This document shows positions 8,786 to 18,297 of a DNA stretch of 64,000 nucleotides, one piece after another. The number at the start of each line of letters is the position of its first letter. The first letter of the stretch is position 1. Made by a program: the position numbers and the translations under genes. Source of the DNA: Candidatus Latescibacterota bacterium (GTDB lineage Bacteria > Latescibacterota > UBA2968 > GCA-2709665); NCBI GenBank assembly GCA_965219455.1, contig OZ244744.1, positions 64,001 to 128,000 on the forward strand. Reading direction: 5' to 3'. Below the pieces are notes generated by a model, which was not told the DNA's origin, did not search any database, and saw only the letters and a program-made list of their open reading frames with translations.

Positions 8786-10108
8786 TCAGTCGCACGCTTC
8801 GGATGTTGGCGGCGTCTGATAGAAGGCCATGCTGGCGTAGCTGACCAGCGAACCGGAATCCTCCTGGCGATTCTGCCCGTAGCTGAGCAGGTCGCCGTGG
8901 CGTTCGGCGCCGGCCAGTAGCGCGTGGAGCGAGAACAGGCCGGAGACGGCGTCCACGTTTCGGCCGTTTTTGTCGGCTTGCAACGCACGGCAAAAGCCGG
9001 TCGCATCGAATCGTTGCGCGTAACCCAGCAGGTCGCGGTCGGCCAACTCGCAGGCGTCCGCCTCGGAATCTTCGACGCGTTCAGGGTGGCCGAACTTAGG
9101 ACCGATATGTGCCAGGTCCACGCTGAGCACGTAGAGGGCACGCTTCCCGCTGGCAGATACCGCCGCCCGCAACGCCGCAAGTTCGGTGGCGATCTCGGGG
9201 GCCTGCAAGGGATCCCGTCCTTCGCTCAGGCAGTGATCGACGCTACCAAGAAGGACAGGTACCACCTCGAACGGCGGCAGTCCCGCCCGCGCATTGATGT
9301 ACTGAAGAAACAGCAGAGCGAACTCAACCGAGTGCTCGGTGCGATGCAGCCACTGCTGCTGCGTGATATCCCGCCCCGCGCAGCGTGACCAATCCTGGAT
9401 TACCCGGGCGTTCGTAGGCACCTGCCCGAATGGGGTTTCGTAATGTTTGCCGGTCGCGACGGCAAAGCTCGTTCCCGGTTCGGTGCCGCCGTTGTGCGCC
9501 ACGCCGAGGATGACATAAAGCTCGAAGGGCGTTGCGCAATCGGCGGCCGAGGCCAGCGCCGTGAAGGCGGGCGGGTAGGTTTCACCGCCCGCGCGCAGAT
9601 CGATGTGCGGACACATGATTGCGGCAAGCCGCGCCGTCGGGTCCCGCTGCACACCTTCATCCTCTGCCTTCCCGGACGAAGCGGCGGCGAAGAAGCTGTC
9701 GAGCATCGCCGCAAGCTCCCCAGGATCCTGAGGGTAGGCGTTGCCGACGTGCCATGCCGGTCGCACGTCCGCGTTCTCATATTCCTCGCGTACCCTGGCG
9801 ATCCGCGCCGCAGCCACGTGGTCATCCAGGTAGCAACCCTCGCTCAATCTGCTCAGCACGCGGCGGATCTCACCGACTCCCAAGTCACCGCCTGGAAGCC
9901 ACTTTCGCAGGGCTTCGTGTATCTGATCGATGGTGTGCCGGCCATCCAGATGCGACAGAACGAGCATCCCGGCCGGTCCGAGCAACAGCGGCTGCGGCGC
10001 GATCTCCAATGGATCGCGCATGTAGAACGCCCGCTCGCCTTCCTGGTCGATCGGGATCACTTCCACCCGGCGCGCGCGGGGCAATGGAGAATTTGTCGCG
10101 AAAGGCAT
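8786..10108 (-). CDS. amrB: AmmeMemoRadiSam system protein B (MEMO1 family), long form with N-terminal extension
   Basis: RPAWHVGNAYP, PHID..AG, ILGVAH, TPFG, HRTEHSVEF, SVDLAHIGPKFG, VSYAS. Confidence 0.85.
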   Translation of the reverse strand: MPFATNSPLPRARRVEVIPIDQEGERAFYMRDPLEIAPQPLLLGPAGMLVLSHLDGRHTIDQIHEALRKWLPGGDLGVGEIRRVLSRLSEGCYLDDHVAAARIARVREEYENADVRPAWHVGNAYPQDPGELAAMLDSFFAAASSGKAEDEGVQRDPTARLAAIMCPHIDLRAGGETYPPAFTALASAADCATPFELYVILGVAHNGGTEPGTSFAVATGKHYETPFGQVPTNARVIQDWSRCAGRDITQQQWLHRTEHSVEFALLFLQYINARAGLPPFEVVPVLLGSVDHCLSEGRDPLQAPEIATELAALRAAVSASGKRALYVLSVDLAHIGPKFGHPERVEDSEADACELADRDLLGYAQRFDATGFCRALQADKNGRNVDAVSGLFSLHALLAGAERHGDLLSYGQNRQEDSGSLVSYASMAFYQTPPTSEACD

Positions 10109-10307
10109 GGCCGCTTTGCAATCTATTTTGCCGAAGAGACGGAAACGACTCGTTTGTACGCCGCAAATAACATAGGTTGTTGTGAAACGTCTGTCAAGAC
10201 GATGAACTTCAACAATCATGGCGGCGGTTTTTTTTTAAAATTTCTGGAACGCGCGATTTGATGCGTCGTTAAATAGGGTAGCTTATCGCTAACTAAAGGA
10301 GAACTTA

Positions 10308-10331
10308 ATGCTTATGCATCTACGGCACTAA
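10308..10331 (+). CDS. Putative leader peptide MLMHLRH
   Basis: AAAGGAG SD at 10295-10301, 6 nt before ATG CTT ATG CAT CTA CGG CAC TAA; followed by GC-rich hairpins. Confidence 0.4.
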   Translation: MLMHLRH

Positions 10332-10437
10332 CCCGCCCCCGCCACCTCGGGCAGGATAGAATCGGCCGACTATCCCCTGACGGCGCGGGACGGAATCGAA
10401 TCGTTCAGACATGAAACAACCATACGGAGGGTGCGCC

Positions 10438-12540
10438 ATGTCGATTCGTCCAGCAATACTCGCGCTCAGCATTGGCCTTTGGGGCTGTGCTGGAAGCAAC
10501 ACCCCGCTTCCCACCGCACCGGCAGAAACGTCACCTGGATCAACCGGAAAGTTACAGTCCATGGATATTTCCACCGGTGCCCGGTTCAAAGGAGCACTTT
10601 CCAAGCCTGCGGTCTTCAGTACAACTTCCGAAACGACAGCCAGAAACCACGGAACCAACCACGCGCCAACTTTCAATGGTTCCGTCGGAAACCAGGAACT
10701 GACCCTGCTACTTCCAAGGGGCCCGTCGGCTCTGCTACGGTTCGAAGGTGAACCGGCGACAGACCCGGACGGAGACGACGTCTCCTATCGTTTCGCGTTT
10801 GCCGTGCCCGGCCTCACCGGGATTCAGACACTTTCGGAGACCCTGTTGCACGTCACGCGGGAAGGTAACAGCTTCGCGTTCCACGGAAACGGGGAAGTAA
10901 CGCCAGGTCAGTTTACCCCTGTTTACGGGGAGGTCGCCAAGATCCCTACCCTGCTGTCGGCAATCTACGCGAGCGATGGAAATGCTGAGAGCGATCCTCA
11001 GGTTTTCAATCTGCACATGGTTTACGACGGCTCAGCTCAGTTTTCCACTCCTGCAAGATACGTCGCGGACCAGCGTTGGGAGATACCCACCCCGATCGAG
11101 TTGTACGAAGGGACAACGTCCCCTGTGAGCGACGACTTGCCCACGTGGACGGCCGTTACCGACGACTATCGGGAGTGGGGATCCGACTGGCGGCCGCCCC
11201 TTATCCGATGTGAGATTGGCTCTGCCTACTTTTCGTACACGCTTCCCGATGGCGGTGATGACAACGCCCTCGTCTCAATGTCCTCACAACAGAGGGCGAC
11301 ATCGGGAACCGTGTCGCTGGCGCTTAAGGACATACCTGATTTTGAGACTCCCGGTGACAGTAACGGGGACAATCAGTACCGGATACGCGTCGTCAACAGG
11401 CACAACATCCACCATCTCGGTGGAGAAGGATCCCCTACGGGGTGCTCCGGATCGGTGCTCGATCTGACCATCCGGGTCAAGGACGTGGGGGCCCCAGCCC
11501 CGCCGGAAGTCGTCTCCGCACGGTTCCGCGACGAGGACGACACGACGGTTGACCTGGAGTGGGCGACGCCCGGCGGTTTCATCGAAAACGGGGCTCCTGT
11601 TGCATTTCCCGCAGGTTTCGAGGTGACCGACTACGACTATCGCTACCGCGCTGCGGGATCGGTCGCGTGGACCGAGGTTACGGATTCGGATCTGACGGAA
11701 ACTGCCGTCACGCTGGAGAACTTGACCGAAAATGCCTACGAAATCCAGGTTCGGGCCACCAACGGGGAAGGTACCGGAGCATGGTCGTCGACCGTGGGGG
11801 CCGAGAGGATTAAGCGCACCGTTTCCTTTGGCGCATCGCGTTACGCCACGGTCGAGGGCGACCCCTCGGGGGTCGAGGTTGCGGTTTATCTGGATCCGGC
11901 GGCAGGCGCGCTACCGATCACGGTGCCCATTTCCGTGGAAGAGGAAGGCGGCGCAGGACCCGAGGACTACTCCGGAGTCCCTTCCAATCTCACCTTTGAC
12001 CCCAACGAGGACATGCGGACCTTCAAGCTGATGGCCATGCAAGATGAAGACCAGAACGAAGGCACGGAAGAGACCATCCGGCTGAACTTCGGGGACCTTC
12101 CATCGAACGTGACTGAGGCAACCCCGGCTTCAGCGCAGGTAGTCCTGGAGGAACCGATACCAGAAATCGAACGGCTACGGATAATTTCCACCCCCGCGAG
12201 CGGTTCTACCTATGGCCGATGTGAGATCATTAGGATCGAGTTGGTCTTCGACATGCCCGTCGAGGTAACGGGAAGACCATTTGTGAATTTCAGACTTGAC
12301 AATCCGATATGGGAGAATGCCGGCTACAAGTCCGGATCAGGCACGGAAAGGCTCGTCTTTGATTACCCGGTCAACAGGCGCGATCTGGACAGAAACGGAA
12401 TATCGTTCAGGCCAAATCAGGTCTATCGGCACAAGGGGACTATCAAGTCGCTTTCCGGCGGCGGCGATGCAAATCTCGACCACGCGGGTTTGCATGACGA
12501 TCCGAATCACAAAGTAAACGGGTGCCTCCGTGACGAGTAG
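10438..12540 (+). CDS. Surface lipoprotein with cadherin-like, fibronectin type III and Calx-beta-like domains
   Basis: GGAGG SD; lipobox LWGC; NHAPTF, ATDPDGDDVSY, PDFETPGDSNGDNQY (cadherin-like), W..P..VTDYDYRYR..YEIQVRATN.EG.G.WS (FN3), VSFGASRY.T.EG..DYSGVP (Calx-beta-like), Y.SGSGT..LVF.Y C-terminal repeat. Confidence 0.85.
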   Translation: MSIRPAILALSIGLWGCAGSNTPLPTAPAETSPGSTGKLQSMDISTGARFKGALSKPAVFSTTSETTARNHGTNHAPTFNGSVGNQELTLLLPRGPSALLRFEGEPATDPDGDDVSYRFAFAVPGLTGIQTLSETLLHVTREGNSFAFHGNGEVTPGQFTPVYGEVAKIPTLLSAIYASDGNAESDPQVFNLHMVYDGSAQFSTPARYVADQRWEIPTPIELYEGTTSPVSDDLPTWTAVTDDYREWGSDWRPPLIRCEIGSAYFSYTLPDGGDDNALVSMSSQQRATSGTVSLALKDIPDFETPGDSNGDNQYRIRVVNRHNIHHLGGEGSPTGCSGSVLDLTIRVKDVGAPAPPEVVSARFRDEDDTTVDLEWATPGGFIENGAPVAFPAGFEVTDYDYRYRAAGSVAWTEVTDSDLTETAVTLENLTENAYEIQVRATNGEGTGAWSSTVGAERIKRTVSFGASRYATVEGDPSGVEVAVYLDPAAGALPITVPISVEEEGGAGPEDYSGVPSNLTFDPNEDMRTFKLMAMQDEDQNEGTEETIRLNFGDLPSNVTEATPASAQVVLEEPIPEIERLRIISTPASGSTYGRCEIIRIELVFDMPVEVTGRPFVNFRLDNPIWENAGYKSGSGTERLVFDYPVNRRDLDRNGISFRPNQVYRHKGTIKSLSGGGDANLDHAGLHDDPNHKVNGCLRDE

Positions 12541-12567
12541 GGAAGTTAAACGAAGGGGGATATAGAG

Positions 12568-13119
12568 ATGCAACGCGAATTCATGGCCCGAGCAATAGAG
12601 CTCTCGGGAATCCAGATGCGGACACGGCGCGGCGGCCCTTTCGGCGCGGTCATCGTCAAGGGCGGTGAGATCATCTCGGAGGGATACAACGAGGTGATCG
12701 CAGGCAACGACCCGACGGCCCATGCGGAGGTCATGGCAATAAGGAAAGCGGGATCACGGCTCCGCGCATTCCACCTGGCCGGATGTGAAATCTATGCCAG
12801 TTGCGAGCCCTGCCCAATGTGCCTTGCCGCCATCTACCAAGCAAGGATCGAGAAGATCTATTTCGCCAACACGGCTGCAGACGCGAGGGACATCGGTTTC
12901 GATGACGACTTGGTCTACGGTGAGTTACAGTTGCCGCGGTCCGAGCGTCGGATACCCTACCGTCAACTGCTGCGAGACGAGGCGCTGGCGGTCTTTCGGG
13001 AATGGCGCAATACAGCGGACCGACCTGAGAACCAGGACACCCGCGGACATGGGCGATCAGAGGTAGCGAACGTTGCACCCCAGGTTGGATCCCAACGGGA
13101 GCGGCGCGTCTGGCTGTAG
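12568..13119 (+). CDS. Zn-dependent nucleoside deaminase (guanine deaminase GuaD-like)
   Basis: GGPFGAVIV, NDPTAHAE, SCEPCPMC, IGFDD. Confidence 0.9.
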   Translation: MQREFMARAIELSGIQMRTRRGGPFGAVIVKGGEIISEGYNEVIAGNDPTAHAEVMAIRKAGSRLRAFHLAGCEIYASCEPCPMCLAAIYQARIEKIYFANTAADARDIGFDDDLVYGELQLPRSERRIPYRQLLRDEALAVFREWRNTADRPENQDTRGHGRSEVANVAPQVGSQRERRVWL

Positions 13120-13131
13120 ACGCGCCGCTCC
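13098..13131. terminator. Perfect 14-bp stem-loop between convergent genes
   Basis: GGAGCGGCGCGTCT-ggctgt-AGACGCGCCGCTCC; no U tract. Confidence 0.5.
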
Positions 13132-13231
13132 TCCTGTTCGCGTTGATTTTACGGGCCATCGACCGTAGCCCCGTGGATCGGGCGGAGATGAATGCACGGA
13201 CGACTCGCTCGAGGCGTTAATCGCTCCGGGG

Positions 13232-13678
13232 TTATCCAGGGTCCAGTGCAGGGTGACGGTGCGTGTAGAGATAGCCGATAAGACCGAGTTGGATAAGCGC
13301 GCCGGGCGCCAGCACGGGCAGGGCGCCGCGCGCCGTCCTGGACACCAGGTCCCATCCGCTCAACCTTGAATACATTTCCAATTCGAAATCCATGTTCGCG
13401 CCGGTATGAAACCAGAATCCCGCGATCCCTCCCAGCACGTAAGCCAGCATCGTGAGGCGGAACAGGCGCAGGACGACCACTCCCCTGTAACGCGCCCGCG
13501 CGGCCACCAGGACGATCCCCAGAGCCAGCAACACCAGGGGCACCTGTTGCCGCCACTCCTCGAAATGGTCCAACAGCAGCAATTCAGCGCCCAGCCCGAC
13601 GCTTCCGAGGACAAAGATCAAGAGGAGACCCAGGCGGAGAGAGATGGTTCCTCGCTTCCTTCCTGCATCTGACATCAT
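13232..13678 (-). CDS. Hypothetical membrane protein (4 TM)
   Basis: ELLLLDHFE, FELEMY, GALPVLAPG segments; hydrophobic pattern. Confidence 0.75.
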   Translation of the reverse strand: MMSDAGRKRGTISLRLGLLLIFVLGSVGLGAELLLLDHFEEWRQQVPLVLLALGIVLVAARARYRGVVVLRLFRLTMLAYVLGGIAGFWFHTGANMDFELEMYSRLSGWDLVSRTARGALPVLAPGALIQLGLIGYLYTHRHPALDPG

Positions 13679-13728
13679 CTGGCCTTTTCAGTTTAAGGAC
13701 CCAGATTTTCCAACAGCCAACCGCGGCA

Positions 13729-15042
13729 TCAATGCTCAGCAATACTCAATCCCAGTCTCAGCGTAAATCCCTTACCCAATGCCTCCCCTTCCGCGAAGCC
13801 GTCCGTCTTGGCGCCGATTTCGAGACCAATTCTCGGCTTGTAACCGCTTGCGCCGACCTGATAGTCGATCCTGGCCCATACCCCGCCGCCCAGTCCCGAT
13901 CGTCCTGCCCTCAGCCGTTCCCCACCGAGGAGAAGCGAGGGCTGATGCCAGAACTCGGCTCTCGGACTGACAGTGATTCCATTCACTGCGGCGAGATTGT
14001 CGACGGCGACACCGAATCCGCCAAATCTATGAAACGAAGGAATCCCGTAACGAAAGAAAACATTCGAGACGCGCCCGGAGTGTACAATGACATTTTCAAA
14101 GGTCACCTCCGAGCCGAACGGGGTCAACCCGAGGCGGAAGGAAGGCAGGTACCCGACCGCGCGAAGCCTGAGCATGGGCAGTTCGGACCCGGCCGATCCG
14201 TGATAGAGATAAGAAACGGCATACGCGTACATCGCCCAGAGTGCGGTGGGATTGAGCAGGCCCACCAGCGTCTGCGCACTCAGGTCTTCCAGAGTCAATC
14301 GGTCGTCTGTTTCGGAATAGCCTTCAAGAAGGTTGAGGTCCCGGAGATAATTGGCCACGTCGTTGCCCGGTCTCGGCCGGGAACCGAAACGGGTGCGCAG
14401 GATGTACCAGGTCAGATCCAGCGACGAAGGCAGGTACACCATGATTTCTCGCGATTTGACGCCGCCGCGCTGAAGCCATCTGGATCGAATGGACTCTGCA
14501 AGAATCGTATTGGCTTCAGATCCCCCTATCGAAATAACGATTCGCTCGTGTCGTGTCGTTCTTCTTTCGGGATCACGTGAGCCGTAGGCAGTGCCGCGAC
14601 TGCTGCCGTAAGGAGGAAACAGACTGAGGTTGTATGAAATATCCCGGTATCCGAACTCCCTGAACCGGGCGCCATGTCCAAAGACCTCGTGTTGGATCAG
14701 GACCAGAAGGTGATCGACAATGTTGTCGACAAGAACCGTCTTGCCCAGCCGGTAAAGAATCCCGGCCGTCTTTCGGCGTTTTGTGCTTTCGTCGAACAGG
14801 CGAGGGCTGAGAATGCGATTCTCAAGGGCGTACACCACACGATGGATCGCGGCAAGGTTCTCCGCCCCTATCTGAGACGACCGCGTCGCGTCGATCCCCA
14901 CCTGATACCGGGCTTGCGGCATCGCCTTGGCAGTCGGAAAGAGAATCAGGATCAACAGCAGCCGGTAAACACAACGAGAGTGTGGCTTCGGCAGGAAACG
15001 CACGTTCCGGGCCTTCACGACTTCAATTTGTTCCAGGGACAC
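13729..15042 (-). CDS. Exported protein with HEVFGHG (HExxGH) motif and beta-strand-rich C-terminus; start uncertain
   Basis: Signal-like LLLILILFPTAKA; HEVFGHGAR, GGSEAN; alternating-residue strands at the C-terminus. Confidence 0.65.
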   Translation of the reverse strand: MSLEQIEVVKARNVRFLPKPHSRCVYRLLLILILFPTAKAMPQARYQVGIDATRSSQIGAENLAAIHRVVYALENRILSPRLFDESTKRRKTAGILYRLGKTVLVDNIVDHLLVLIQHEVFGHGARFREFGYRDISYNLSLFPPYGSSRGTAYGSRDPERRTTRHERIVISIGGSEANTILAESIRSRWLQRGGVKSREIMVYLPSSLDLTWYILRTRFGSRPRPGNDVANYLRDLNLLEGYSETDDRLTLEDLSAQTLVGLLNPTALWAMYAYAVSYLYHGSAGSELPMLRLRAVGYLPSFRLGLTPFGSEVTFENVIVHSGRVSNVFFRYGIPSFHRFGGFGVAVDNLAAVNGITVSPRAEFWHQPSLLLGGERLRAGRSGLGGGVWARIDYQVGASGYKPRIGLEIGAKTDGFAEGEALGKGFTLRLGLSIAEH

Positions 15043-15073
15043 AGTGTGACCTTCACGTCGTCACAACCAAAGG

Positions 15074-15973
15074 TCAAGTCACGCCATACAACGCGAAGGA
15101 AAAATTCGGCGCCGGATCGACCAGGCCGGATCTCTCGTTCAGGTAAAGGCGTTTTTGTGCGCCGGCCGGGAAATTCTCCATTTCGGCAAAGCCGAATCCG
15201 GACATCACGCCTTTCAGTTCCTCCGGCGTGAACGTGGATATCATCGGCTCTCCCCGGCGAGCCACGAAGCGGTCCAGTTTGTCGGCGAATTGCCGACTCT
15301 CCTCCGGAACGAGATGCCCGGCAAGCTTATAGTCGAAAACAATACGGCTGCCCGGTGCTGCGATGCCCGCAATACGACCAAGAGTCTCGCGTATCGCGTC
15401 TTTCGTGAGATAGTAGGTCGTTCCCAGCCACGAAAAAAAAGACGGTGTGAGAGGATCGAAACCGGTCCGGGCAAGCGCCTCGTCGAGATTGTCGGTTTCA
15501 AAATCAATGGGTGCGAAGATCAGATTGGATGGAATCACGCCATTGACTCTCAGCACCTTTTCACGTTTCATTTCCTGGGTTGCCGGATGATCTAGCTCAA
15601 ATATCCGCAACCTGTCCGAAAGCGCATTCTGGCGCATGGAAAAGGTATCGAGACCGGCGCCGAGGATGACATACTGCCCAACGCCCGCCCGCACGGCTTC
15701 CATAAGACGGTCTTCGGCGTACCGTGCCCGCAGGATGATTTCCGTATGTATGGGACGAAATGCCCGGAATACCGTGTGAACGACGATCCAGCTGAACATT
15801 CTGTTCCTGGCAATCACACGCCAGAAATTCGATATCATGTCAATTGCATAGGTGTCGGCGAAGATCGGCGCCTTGTACCATTGACAATGATACGCGCGTA
15901 CGCAAGCCGCCAGATTCGCCGTTCTGCTCGTCCTGTGCGCCTGCGAAGACAGTCCGGACTGCTGCAAAGCCAT
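15074..15973 (-). CDS. SAM-dependent methyltransferase (leucine carboxyl methyltransferase/TIGR00027-like)
   Basis: SRTA...RAYH, IFADTYA, RARYAED, QYVILGAGLDTF, FELDHPATQ, WLGTTYYL. Confidence 0.9.
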   Translation of the reverse strand: MALQQSGLSSQAHRTSRTANLAACVRAYHCQWYKAPIFADTYAIDMISNFWRVIARNRMFSWIVVHTVFRAFRPIHTEIILRARYAEDRLMEAVRAGVGQYVILGAGLDTFSMRQNALSDRLRIFELDHPATQEMKREKVLRVNGVIPSNLIFAPIDFETDNLDEALARTGFDPLTPSFFSWLGTTYYLTKDAIRETLGRIAGIAAPGSRIVFDYKLAGHLVPEESRQFADKLDRFVARRGEPMISTFTPEELKGVMSGFGFAEMENFPAGAQKRLYLNERSGLVDPAPNFSFALYGVT

Positions 15974-16217
15974 TCGACCCCTCAACTGGTATCAATACCT
16001 TTACTTGAACCCTGTTCACTAGTGCGGCGGAAACTCCGGAGTGTGCAGGCGAGACGCCCCACATAGGAAAATAAGACCCATTCGGCAATAAATCAAGGTG
16101 CCGAACGTGGGCCGGCGCGGCGCGCTCAACGGAGTTTTCAAAGGCCGTGGTGGATAGCAGAACCCGGCACCGATCAATCAACAACCTCGGTCCCCAGGAA
16201 AAAGACAAGAAAGCGAC

Positions 16218-16290
16218 TTGACATTCACCTCCAATTTCGTTACTATCGTATTTAACTCTATAAAATAGAGAACTCTAATTTAATGACAAA
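16218..16290 (+). promoter_or_regulatory. Sigma70-type promoter followed by a palindromic operator
   Basis: TTGACA(16218)-17 bp-TACTAT(16241); downstream CTCTA-taaaa-TAGAG and a second AACTCTA half-site. Confidence 0.7.
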
Positions 16291-16301
16291 GGAGATGTTC
16301 C

Positions 16302-16871
16302 ATGCATCCCGAACGAAGACTTGAAGAGGACATTGCTTTTGTTCGCGAGGCCGTCGAAAAACGCGATCGGATGCACTATAGATCCATCGCCATAGCCGTG
16401 CTTTGGGCGGTCATCCTCGCCACCGGTCATGCGCTAAGCGACTTTTATCCCCACTTCAGTCCCCTCTTCTGGTGCACCGCGACCCCCGTCGGATACCTGC
16501 TCAGCTTCCGGATCGCCGCGCGAGAAGCACGGACGAAGGGAGTCGCCAACCGAGGGCTCAGAGCCAGGTTCGGTTTGCACTGGGGCAGTCTGTTTGTCGT
16601 CATTTTCTTTGTCATATTCATCGCTTTGTCTCACCGTCTCGAACATTCGGTAATGAGCCAATTCATCACGCTGACTGCCGGTGTCACCTGCTTTCTGGCA
16701 GGCCTGCACCTGGACCGGCGCCTTCTTGTGCCGGGCATTGTTACCATCCTGGGCGCACCTGCCGTTGACTTTCTCGCCCCCTACCCGTGGACCATTGTCG
16801 GCCTGGCCATTGCCGCCAGTCTGGTCGTCAGCGCGATATGGATGAAGCCTCGTGACGATAACGCAATCTGA
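16302..16871 (+). CDS. Hypothetical membrane protein (6 TM)
   Basis: AAAGGAG SD; LEEDIAFVR N-terminus typical of membrane proteins coupled to winged-helix regulators. Confidence 0.75.
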   Translation: MHPERRLEEDIAFVREAVEKRDRMHYRSIAIAVLWAVILATGHALSDFYPHFSPLFWCTATPVGYLLSFRIAAREARTKGVANRGLRARFGLHWGSLFVVIFFVIFIALSHRLEHSVMSQFITLTAGVTCFLAGLHLDRRLLVPGIVTILGAPAVDFLAPYPWTIVGLAIAASLVVSAIWMKPRDDNAI

Positions 16872-17181
16872 GACCACCGCCAACGGCATTGCCCAACTGG
16901 ACAAACTGCTCGAACACCGGTCCCGGTTTGGCGCATGCGTGCTCCTCGCCGACGTTGACGCCCTCAACTTCAGCCGCTTGAAGCAACTGTTGAAAGAAAC
17001 CGACGGCAACATGGGCGCGCACCTGCGAAAACTGGAAGACGCGGGCTATTTGCGGGTCAATAAGCGGTTCGAACACCGGAAACCGGTTTCGTGGTACAGT
17101 CTCAAAACAGAAGGACGTCTGGCACTAACTTCACATATCAAAGCACTGCAAACCGTCATCGTCGGTGCGGGAATAGAGTGA
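16852..17181 (+). CDS. Winged-helix transcriptional regulator (HTH_34/MarR-like)
   Basis: LEHRSR, F..LK..L.ETDGNMGAHLRKLEDAGY, KP.SWY.L..GR. Confidence 0.9.
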   Translation: MTITQSETTANGIAQLDKLLEHRSRFGACVLLADVDALNFSRLKQLLKETDGNMGAHLRKLEDAGYLRVNKRFEHRKPVSWYSLKTEGRLALTSHIKALQTVIVGAGIE

Positions 17182-17328
17182 TTGAATTCAGTATACAATG
17201 ATCGCGAAACGACCGGTTAATGAGGCGGCAGTAGATTTACGCCGTGTCTGTGCTTCGAGAGATCACCAGACTATTTATGCCTGCGATCTGTCGCCTTTGA
17301 ACACGACCCTACACGATGGAGAACTACC

Positions 17329-18189
17329 ATGCGATGCGGAATATATGGTTTGATTGTCACCATCCTGGTCGCCACTCGGCCGGGATGGGCAATCGCACAG
17401 CAACCTCAGGAATCGCAGTATTCAAGACCTGCGATTACACCGTTCGAATCCGCCGATACGGCAGGCTCGGATCGTAATACCCTTATCGAGGGAAGATTCA
17501 CACTGAGAAAGGGTGTAAGTGAGAACAATCTCGACTCAATGTACGCCGCTCGTGGGACATTCGAGCGCGCCCTGACCGACACCGTACTTTCAACATGGGG
17601 CCACTATTACGTTGGCCTCGCCGACTATCGGATCGCCAATGTTCTATTGGCACAGGATAAAAAACGTGAAGCCGACGCGTCGGTGCACCTCAAGAGAGCA
17701 GTCGAGCATCTACAGATCGCCAAACGGGCTGTTGACGACCGGGAAGAAACCAATGAAACCGCCGCGGAAGTTTGCGCATTGCTCTCAAACGTGTACGGAC
17801 GACAGATTTCATTGAGTCCAATAAAGGGAATATTCCTGGGACCTAAAGCGAAAAGCGTCTTAAGGAAAGCCGAGCAACTCGCACCAGGCAATCCCCGCGT
17901 TGTTCTAAGCAGCGCAATCAGTTACCTCATGACGCCGCGGTTGGTGGGTGGGAACAAGACGAAGGCGATGGCAGGCTTCCGGCGTGCGACGAAACTCTTC
18001 GCCCGCGAGAAGCCGGCCGATCCCAACCATCCCGTCTGGGGTCATAGTGATACCTACATATGGATGGGTATCGCACATTTGGAAAGGAACGAACGGGAAG
18101 CCGCGCGGGAGGCTTTCGCAAGAACGCTCGAAATTGATCCGGACAATCGCTGGGCCAGGAAAAAGCTGTCGGGAGATCTGGCGAGGTAG
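17329..18189 (+). CDS. Exported tetratricopeptide repeat protein
   Basis: Signal peptide; A..LAPGNPR, TP...GG...A, P.WG, A.EAF...LEIDPDN.WA. Confidence 0.8.
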   Translation: MRCGIYGLIVTILVATRPGWAIAQQPQESQYSRPAITPFESADTAGSDRNTLIEGRFTLRKGVSENNLDSMYAARGTFERALTDTVLSTWGHYYVGLADYRIANVLLAQDKKREADASVHLKRAVEHLQIAKRAVDDREETNETAAEVCALLSNVYGRQISLSPIKGIFLGPKAKSVLRKAEQLAPGNPRVVLSSAISYLMTPRLVGGNKTKAMAGFRRATKLFAREKPADPNHPVWGHSDTYIWMGIAHLERNEREAAREAFARTLEIDPDNRWARKKLSGDLAR

Positions 18190-18297
18190 AGAAGAGAGAA
18201 CCAGCGCACGGGGGTCGTTTGTGGCATCTCGTACGAGCTCTCAATCCACGCACGATATCATCCTGAAGTTGTGCAAGCCAATCAATACATCGAGAAG

